Source: Candidatus Caldarchaeum sp.
GTDB taxonomy: Archaea > Thermoproteota > Nitrososphaeria_A > Caldarchaeales > Caldarchaeaceae
NCBI GenBank assembly: GCA_038831915.1
Contig: JAWBKB010000027.1
Span: 1 to 12,937 of the forward strand
Direction of reading: 5' to 3'
Length of the DNA stretch: 12,937 nt
The notes under the pieces were generated by a model, which was not told the origin of the DNA, made no database searches, and saw only the letters and a program-made list of their open reading frames with translations. The position numbers were made by a program, and so were the translations under genes. Shown in pieces: positions 7,005 through 12,937 of this stretch (its first letter is position 1; the number at the start of each line of letters is the position of its first letter).

Positions 7005-8051
7005 TTAGATTGTTCTTTCTTCTCTGGGGGGAAGGAATCTGTCTGTGAAAACTTCGTCGACGCTTGGTGTTCTTGGAAGGTTAAACGCATCAACGACAGC
7101 TTTGATAGTTCTTTCAAGTCTCGCTTTGTCCACGGCGCCCAGCCCGTTTCGTCGAACTTCTTCGGTTACGATGTTGTCGCTTAACGCAAGCTTAAGCCGT
7201 TGAAGTTCAACCTCCCTGTCGACGAGTGGGTCGCGGAGCTTAACCAAATCCGCTGCCATTTCCGGGTTGGCGATCACCTCTTTTAACGCCCGGTTGACGG
7301 CTCTGACGAACTTCGCCACAGCTTCTGGGTTTTGCTGCATAAAGTCTTTACGGACGATGATTGCGTTGCCGTAGAGCTCGACGCCGAAATCTTTGTACTT
7401 AAACGCGGTTATCTGCGCTGGGTCAATCTTGAGAGCCAAAAGGTTTAGATACCCTGTGTAGTAGAACCCGGTTATCGCGTCGACTTCTCCCTGTACAAGT
7501 GAAGGTTCTCTGAGCGGAGGCGCCATGCTAACCCACGTGATTTTTGTCGGGTCGAGGCCAACCGCTTTCGCGAAAACTGGGAATAGTCGTCTCGGCGCGT
7601 CTCCTTCAGGTGCTCCTATCTTTTTGCCTTCAAGGTCTTTCGGCGAATTTATTCCTTTGTTCTTCAGCGTGATGACGGAATAGGGCGGGCTGTTCAAAAT
7701 CATGTAAACCGCTATCACTTCCTGTCCCGGGTTTTTCACGTTGAATTCGATCAAAGCATCGAGGCTTCCGTATCCAATTTGATAAACGCCTGAAGCGACT
7801 TTTGTGACCGCGTCTGCCGAGCCGTATCCTCTATCGACCGTTACAGCAAGGCCTTCCTGCGCGAAGTAGCCTTTCTCCAACGCTACGATAAACGGTGCCT
7901 GAGGTCCCTGAATGGCCCAGTCGAGAACAAATTTGATGGCTATTACTCGTGGCGCCGGTGGTGGAAAAACAATCGGGCTGGTAAACAATCCCGCGACGAG
8001 GCCGACGACAAGGAACACTACTCCTACAGCCAAAGTTTTGGGCGATACCAT
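7005..8051 (-). CDS. ABC transporter substrate-binding protein, NMT1/THI5/SsuA-like
   Basis: N-terminal TM anchor followed by a Pro-rich linker; LDW, A.EKGYF..EGL.V, PKDLEGKKIG and GEVDAI. The ATG at 8051 (MVSPK) is preferred over 8087 because a TATA-like CTTAATTA sits at 8077-8084. Confidence 0.88.
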   Translation of the reverse strand: MVSPKTLAVGVVFLVVGLVAGLFTSPIVFPPPAPRVIAIKFVLDWAIQGPQAPFIVALEKGYFAQEGLAVTVDRGYGSADAVTKVASGVYQIGYGSLDALIEFNVKNPGQEVIAVYMILNSPPYSVITLKNKGINSPKDLEGKKIGAPEGDAPRRLFPVFAKAVGLDPTKITWVSMAPPLREPSLVQGEVDAITGFYYTGYLNLLALKIDPAQITAFKYKDFGVELYGNAIIVRKDFMQQNPEAVAKFVRAVNRALKEVIANPEMAADLVKLRDPLVDREVELQRLKLALSDNIVTEEVRRNGLGAVDKARLERTIKAVVDAFNLPRTPSVDEVFTDRFLPPREERTI

Positions 8052-8087
8052 TTGCGTAAAAAATGGTGATGGGCCGTAATTAAGCAT

Positions 8088-8447
8088 TTAGAAAGTCAAG
8101 ACCGCTAATCCTTGTGTCACCGCCTCGACCACGGTCGCCGTCGAATCGTCCGCGATGAACAATGATTTGTCAAATTTTTCGTATAGATTGTAGGCTTTGA
8201 GGTTGCCTGCGCAAACCAGTAGCTTGACTCCCTGTTCCTTCATTTCGGCTGCGTATTTTCTAACGAGGTCGTAGTGGATGTTGTCGGGGTCGAGGAGACG
8301 CGCTCCCGGGCCTAAGAATAACATGCGAATTTCGTTGACGATTTTTTCCCGTGCCATGTTCCGGGCTATTCTCAGCCCCTGTCTCGCTTTTTCGATTTCT
8401 TCGGGCCCAGAAAGAATGATAAACAACACGCCTGGCTTTGTCATCAT
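8088..8447 (-). CDS. DsrE/DsrF-like family protein
   Basis: 119 aa, FLGPGA motif, a single Cys in GVKLLVCAGNL, and C-terminal VLTF. Its start overlaps the leuS stop (ATGA). Confidence 0.7.
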   Translation of the reverse strand: MMTKPGVLFIILSGPEEIEKARQGLRIARNMAREKIVNEIRMLFLGPGARLLDPDNIHYDLVRKYAAEMKEQGVKLLVCAGNLKAYNLYEKFDKSLFIADDSTATVVEAVTQGLAVLTF

Positions 8448-11386
8448 TCAGTCACGATATAGAACGCAGGTTTAAATGGAATTGACTGTTTCGCCTTAGC
8501 AGATTCCTGTCCTCCGCCGGCTTCATCTTCTTCGTAGAGCTTTGCGGAAATTTTCAACTCCTGACCGACCAGCCTGGCACAGTCCTCCAACAATTTTCTT
8601 TCACGTTTTACGAGGTTTTGCAGGATTTTTCGGACAGCCGTCTCTGAAGCACGCAAACCAACAGCTTTACCTTCGATTTCACGCAACTTTTCAGCGATTT
8701 TCTGAACCGTCGAAGCACCTTTTGCTATGATCGTGGGACTTTCCTTCTTCAACAATTTCAAATCGTAAGGAGGCCCGATATCAATCAGTTTCTCAGCCGC
8801 CTCCCGTTTCCAGCCAGAAGCTGCGAAGAACTTCATCTCGACGGGTCGGCCTTTAACAAGTTTCAGCACTTCACGAACATCTGTAACCAGGTCTTTCAAA
8901 ATTTCTTCATAAAGCAGAATTTCCGCTCTTTCAACCCCTGTCTTCGGCTGAGGCCATTTTTGAAGAGAAGCATATCCCTGTTTACCCAGCTTTTCCCAAG
9001 CCTCTTCGGCTGCGAACGGAATAAAAGGTGAAAGCATTAAAGTCCATTTTTCGACGAATTCTTTCGCGGCTTTCGAAAGTTTGCCGTTTTTTCTCCGCTG
9101 ATACCATCGCCAAATGTTGAGCATCCCATAAACTGCTAGACTACATGCTGAACGGGTTTTCAGCTTTTCAAGGAAGTAGGAAACCGATTCGAGGCAGTCA
9201 TCAGCAGCCGCGATAAGCCACCCATCAGAATCATCTTCCATGTCAAACGGCTCGCTCATAACTTTGTCAACTATGTCCAGGAAGTTTTCCACAAATTGTT
9301 CTGCTTCGACAGCTGCTTTTTCACGCCAGTCAGGGTCGTCCAAATCTTCGGCGCTCAGCAACAGAGCAAGCCTTGTCGCGTCACTTCCATGCTTTTGAAT
9401 CGCTTGTTTCAATGTCACGAAGTTTCCGCGGCTTTTTGACATCTTCTCGCCCTCTATGGTTATCATGCCGTTGACACCGACCCCACGCGGCCACCGGCTT
9501 TCATCAAAGATAGCGGTGTGATGGAACAAGTAGAACGTTAGATGGTTAGGGACGAGATCTTTCGCTGAACATCGCAGATCCACGCCGTACCAGTAGAGAA
9601 ATTCACGTCTCATCTCCGTCAGCATCTTTTTATCGACGCCGTAGCGAAACGCTAAAGCGTCTGGGTCGCCGATTCCGAGGAACACATAATCAAAAACATC
9701 TGGGCCGAATTTCGAGGCCGATTGGATGTTTAAGTTTAGGATTTTGCTGACGGTGTATAGGGCTGGGTAGATTGTTGAGTCGCTGAGTGTTTCGATTTTC
9801 CAGGACGGGTCGAACGGTAGCTTGGTTCCGAGACCGGTTTTCCGCGTGCATGCCCAATCCCGCAGCCAGTCAACGACGTTGAAAAACCATGTCCGGGCTG
9901 CTTCCGGGTAAATGTCCATCGACGCGATGAGATTTTTCACCAGTGTTTTCCATTCGGGGTTAGAGAAATTCAGAAACCACTGGTCTTCTACAATCTTCAC
10001 GACACATTCGTCTCCCGAGCGGCAGACCACTTTACCCGAAAGGTCGTAGTATACCACGCCGTTGTTCGTCTCCGAGAGCTTTTCTATCACGCGTCGGCGG
10101 GCCTCTGAAACAGGGAGGCCTTTGAATTCGCCGACAGTCATCACCCCGGAATGAAACTCTTTAGAGTAGATGTCCTTGGTCAGGTCTTCGAGCCTTTCAT
10201 CGGATTGACTAGTAATACCAAGCTTCTCAACCGCGTCGACTGCTGGAAAATCTCCGTAGCCCGGCGTTTCCACCACTTTCAACGGCTTGATGTTCTTCAG
10301 AATCGCCGGGTCGATTCCCAGCCCACTCAGTTTTTCTTGAGTTTGTTGAAGCTCTTTCAGGGCCGCATAGTCATAGGGTGCGTGGGCTGGAACGCTGTAA
10401 ACCACACCGGTCCCTATCGATGTATCAACAAATGTAGCGGGAAGAACTGGAACAGAGGCATCGGTGAACGGTACTTTGGCACTCTTCCCCAAGAGTTCAC
10501 GAGAAGACACATGTTCTATAACTTTCATCCCGCGAAACTGTTCCGACAACCGCATGGCGGCCTCCTCGCTTATGATTAAACGGACGCCGTTGTGCTCTAC
10601 CACGACATATTTGCCTTCAGGGTTTATCCAAACGTTGGTTGTTCCGTATACGGTTTCGGGTCGAAGAGTGGCGGCTGCGAGCTTGGCGTTTCCGACGTCG
10701 AAGTATATCATCGTATATTCTTCGGGGTAGATTCCTTCTCCGCGGAGCCGGTCGTGGTCGCCTGTGGCGCTTTGACATTTAGGACACCAGACAACGGGAT
10801 GCCGGCCTTGGACAAGATACCCCCTGCGATGGAGCACGGAATACTGCCAAGCGATGAAATTACTATAATATGGGTGGAGGTCTGTGGTGTAGAATTCGCG
10901 GCTCCAGTCAACTGACCATCCCATCGCGTCCACGGTATGCCTGTTCTCGCCAGTGTAGTAGGCGCAGATGAATTCTGGATGTGTAAAGTAGTCGAGGAGA
11001 TGTTCTGGGACGCCGTCTATGACGACGAGCATTTTTCTAACCGATTCGTCTCCGCGGCGAAGCCTTTCACTGGTGCCTGCGACAGCTTCACCTGTCCAGT
11101 GCCAAGCCCATGGAAACAACACGTTGTAGCCCTGCATCCGCCTAAACCGAGCCACGACATCTCCACGGGTGAATGTGAATCCATGGCCTAAGTGTAAAGG
11201 ACCGTTCTGATAGGAATATGGGACGCAGATGAAGAACTTGGGCTTCTGCTCGTCAGCTACGGCTTCGAAAATTCCGTCGCGTCGCCATCTTTCAGCCCAT
11301 TTCCTTTCTCTCGGTTTCGGGGATGAAACGATGTTCGCTCCTCCAAGCTGAAAACCAAGCGCGACCAACTCTTCTGTTTTCGTCAA
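8444..11386 (-). CDS. leuS: Leucyl-tRNA synthetase (archaeal/eukaryotic type)
   Basis: HIGH motif GPLHLGH, KMSKS, CP1 editing motifs ATLRPET and GTGVVYSVPAHAPYD, WACTR..GLGT, IETLSDSTIY and KDLVPNHL. The TTG start position is uncertain. Confidence 0.96.
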   Translation of the reverse strand: MTKTEELVALGFQLGGANIVSSPKPRERKWAERWRRDGIFEAVADEQKPKFFICVPYSYQNGPLHLGHGFTFTRGDVVARFRRMQGYNVLFPWAWHWTGEAVAGTSERLRRGDESVRKMLVVIDGVPEHLLDYFTHPEFICAYYTGENRHTVDAMGWSVDWSREFYTTDLHPYYSNFIAWQYSVLHRRGYLVQGRHPVVWCPKCQSATGDHDRLRGEGIYPEEYTMIYFDVGNAKLAAATLRPETVYGTTNVWINPEGKYVVVEHNGVRLIISEEAAMRLSEQFRGMKVIEHVSSRELLGKSAKVPFTDASVPVLPATFVDTSIGTGVVYSVPAHAPYDYAALKELQQTQEKLSGLGIDPAILKNIKPLKVVETPGYGDFPAVDAVEKLGITSQSDERLEDLTKDIYSKEFHSGVMTVGEFKGLPVSEARRRVIEKLSETNNGVVYYDLSGKVVCRSGDECVVKIVEDQWFLNFSNPEWKTLVKNLIASMDIYPEAARTWFFNVVDWLRDWACTRKTGLGTKLPFDPSWKIETLSDSTIYPALYTVSKILNLNIQSASKFGPDVFDYVFLGIGDPDALAFRYGVDKKMLTEMRREFLYWYGVDLRCSAKDLVPNHLTFYLFHHTAIFDESRWPRGVGVNGMITIEGEKMSKSRGNFVTLKQAIQKHGSDATRLALLLSAEDLDDPDWREKAAVEAEQFVENFLDIVDKVMSEPFDMEDDSDGWLIAAADDCLESVSYFLEKLKTRSACSLAVYGMLNIWRWYQRRKNGKLSKAAKEFVEKWTLMLSPFIPFAAEEAWEKLGKQGYASLQKWPQPKTGVERAEILLYEEILKDLVTDVREVLKLVKGRPVEMKFFAASGWKREAAEKLIDIGPPYDLKLLKKESPTIIAKGASTVQKIAEKLREIEGKAVGLRASETAVRKILQNLVKRERKLLEDCARLVGQELKISAKLYEEDEAGGGQESAKAKQSIPFKPAFYIVTE

Positions 11387-11416
11387 CCCTTTTTCTAGCT
11401 TTTTCCACCTGTTAAT

Positions 11417-12001
11417 TTAGGTTATGAAATGACCTCCGTCGATGTCGGGCATTTCTCGTTTAACGCGCTGGGCTGCAACTTCAGCTGCTTCACGTAGAAT
11501 CGCCTCGGCTTCGGGGTCAGTAGTCGACGAGCCGATGTATGTATCAGATACGGTGCCGACGCTTACGGACAGGTCTTCGAGCAGGTCCTGTACTCCGCGA
11601 AGGCCTTGAGAAATCTCAGGCATAACTCCTCCGACGTCTTTCTGAACGGCCATCACCACCGCGGCGACGGGGCCGATGACTTTCCGAACCTCGTTATAAT
11701 CACGGACAGCTTCAAGTCGTAGCACGACTCCTTCAAGCGATGCCTGACTTCTGACTGTCGCATGCATCATCTTCCGCAGTTGCGCCAATTCGTTCGCATA
11801 AACAGCGGCTCTTTCCTCATCCTTCTCCATTTTCGCGCGGACGACTTGGTTGAAAAGCTCTCGGCCTCGCATCTGCATGGCTCGGGCCTTCGAATCCATT
11901 CGGTTATGAATTGTCATTAAACGTGTTATTATTTCGGTGACTCGTTCGTCGAAGGGAGGTCTGGGTGGCGGCTGCTGTTTCTTCTTAAACAACCTAAACA
12001 T
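11417..12001 (-). CDS. cdvB: ESCRT-III / Snf7 family protein, CdvB paralog lacking the C-terminal winged-helix extension
   Basis: 194 aa, helical coiled coil, with LFNQVV.A....D.ERA.VYANELAQLRK, LE.V.LRLE.V.D, MPE and EAEAIL.EA..VA typical of archaeal CdvB proteins. Confidence 0.82.
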   Translation of the reverse strand: MFRLFKKKQQPPPRPPFDERVTEIITRLMTIHNRMDSKARAMQMRGRELFNQVVRAKMEKDEERAAVYANELAQLRKMMHATVRSQASLEGVVLRLEAVRDYNEVRKVIGPVAAVVMAVQKDVGGVMPEISQGLRGVQDLLEDLSVSVGTVSDTYIGSSTTDPEAEAILREAAEVAAQRVKREMPDIDGGHFIT

Positions 12002-12102
12002 GTCAGACGCCGTGAGAAACCCAAGCTCATCATAAAAGTGTGCCGGGCTTTTAGTGAAAAAATGTTATTTGGGTATTAATCTTGGATGATGTGTGGATGG
12101 TG

Positions 12103-12651
12103 TTACGCTTTACGCCGCCAAGTCAGGATGTATCCGAGGCCGCCGAAGACAACCCCAGCAACGGTGACGAACAAAAAGGCGACTATCCACATCACAATCC
12201 CAAATGGTAGGATTCCGAAGAAGATTTCCGTATGAACTCGGCCAGGGCTCCATCCAAGTCCACCGACCTCCGGAGGAAGAAGAGCCGCTCCACCAAGGTA
12301 GCCGACAACCATCAACAGCCAAGTAGCTCCAACAACCCCCACATTCATCAAAATAAAATGTAGCCATGCAAATTTTTCAGCGATTCCCTTGTATGGCTTT
12401 CCCAAAGTCACTTCTAGGTAGTTGTAGAACAGAGCTGAAACAGCGACCGCCACCACACCAACTATCAAATACGTCGTGTACCCGATGGTGAAATACATAC
12501 CGGCGCTTCCGAATGCAATCACCCGGGTGAACTCCGGTTTGAGAAAGCCGCCGAACTGAGCGACCAGCCAGAAGAAAGTCAGCCCAGTTGCAAGAGCACC
12601 TTGTACAATTCCCGCAGCTATAAACCTACTAGCCCACTTGCTTTCAACCAT
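12103..12651 (-). CDS. Integral membrane protein (about 4 TM), distantly resembling C-terminal helices of heme-copper oxidase subunit I
   Basis: Hydrophobic ORF with AWLHFILMNVG. The ATG at 12651 (MVESKW) is preferred over 12699 because a BRE/TATA-like CAAAACTTATCT lies at about 12676-12687. Function uncertain. Confidence 0.6.
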   Translation of the reverse strand: MVESKWASRFIAAGIVQGALATGLTFFWLVAQFGGFLKPEFTRVIAFGSAGMYFTIGYTTYLIVGVVAVAVSALFYNYLEVTLGKPYKGIAEKFAWLHFILMNVGVVGATWLLMVVGYLGGAALLPPEVGGLGWSPGRVHTEIFFGILPFGIVMWIVAFLFVTVAGVVFGGLGYILTWRRKA

Positions 12652-12704
12652 GTTGTAGAAGCTGATTGATCGCTCAGATAAGTTTTGCCATGATACCATT
12701 TGGT

Positions 12705-12718
12705 CAAAGGTTTTTAAA
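12705..12718 (+). promoter_or_regulatory. BRE/TATA promoter for the tRNA-like sequence at 12740
   Basis: CAAAGG-TTTTTAAA, with the TATA 22-29 nt upstream of tRNA position 1. Confidence 0.6.
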
Positions 12719-12739
12719 CGCCCTTAAGTGGTAAAATAA

Positions 12740-12775
12740 GGGCCCGTGGCCTAGGATGGATAGGGCGTCGGCCTC
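12740..12775 (+). tRNA. 5' half only of a tRNA-Arg gene (probably a CCG or CCT isoacceptor), truncated in the anticodon loop
   Basis: GGGCCCG TG GCCT AGGATGGATA GGGC G TCGGC CT C: acceptor 5' strand, paired D-arm with A20, and 5' anticodon stem, closely similar to the tRNA-Arg at 4126. No T-arm or 3' acceptor strand follows within the window. Confidence 0.75.
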
Positions 12776-12937
12776 GCTGTTTCCCGAACCGATGTTTTGG
12801 AAATTCACGTAACCTCTGGCACAACAGGAGTTCCTACACTTGGATTCTATACAAAAAGCGACATCGAAGTATGGGCTGAAGTTTCCGCGAGAAGCCTCGT
12901 CATGTCAGGATTGACGAAAGAAGATGTCTTCCAGATA
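12773..12937 (+). pseudogene. paaK: Internal fragment of a phenylacetate-CoA ligase family gene; no 5' end, runs off the window
   Basis: Translates as LAVSRTDVLEIHVTSGTTGVPTLGFYTKSDIEVWAEVSARSLVMSGLTKEDVFQI, containing the PaaK AMP-binding motif H.TSGTTG.P...YT..D...W. There is an in-frame TAG at 12761-12763 and no start codon before the homologous region. Confidence 0.75.

Noticed and set aside
12003-12033. Box C (ATGATGA) and box D (CTGA) on the minus strand just upstream of cdvB
   Set aside because: The boxes are only 20 nt apart with no D'/C' pair and no terminal stem. The C-like box overlaps a probable TATA element (TTTTAT, 12032-12037).
256-12367. Short alternative ORFs antisense to or nested in the main genes (e.g. 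667-999, 2437-2838, 3245-3544, 5557-5880, 10151-10579, 10592-10915)
   Set aside because: They are shadow ORFs fully overlapping well-supported genes and have no recognisable motifs.
4090-12775. The two tRNA-Arg 5' halves as inverted att sites flanking an integrated or invertible element
   Set aside because: They differ by compensatory D-stem changes (separate isoacceptor genes), the enclosed genes include housekeeping leuS, and no integrase is present.
12767-12800. Possible BHB intron in the second tRNA (TCGG pairing with CCGA downstream)
   Set aside because: No intron helix forms, splicing at the implied sites does not yield an anticodon arm or T-arm, and the downstream sequence is explained as PaaK coding DNA.

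Overview
Archaeal (TACK-type, probably Aigarchaeota/Caldarchaeales-like; this is inference from the archaeal LeuRS, an ESCRT-III/CdvB paralog, BRE-TATA promoters and a BHB-type tRNA intron) housekeeping and metabolic region. In order it holds: lutC and a lutB-CCG fusion (lactate utilisation), ridA, a FUN14-like membrane protein, a DUF61 protein, and tRNA-Arg(TCT) with a 30-nt non-canonical intron in the T-arm (51/52). Next come a radical SAM gene broken by two small indels, a NitT/TauT-type ABC transporter, a DsrE-family gene, leuS, an orphan CdvB/Snf7 paralog and a small membrane protein. At the right end, a promoter-bearing 5' half of a second tRNA-Arg joins, inside the anticodon loop, an internal fragment of a phenylacetate-CoA ligase (paaK) gene. 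This junction is either a real rearrangement or tRNA disruption, or an assembly/amplification chimera. No CRISPR array, transposase or integrase was seen. I found no clear multi-gene novel system; the most unusual signals are the two disrupted tRNA-Arg genes.
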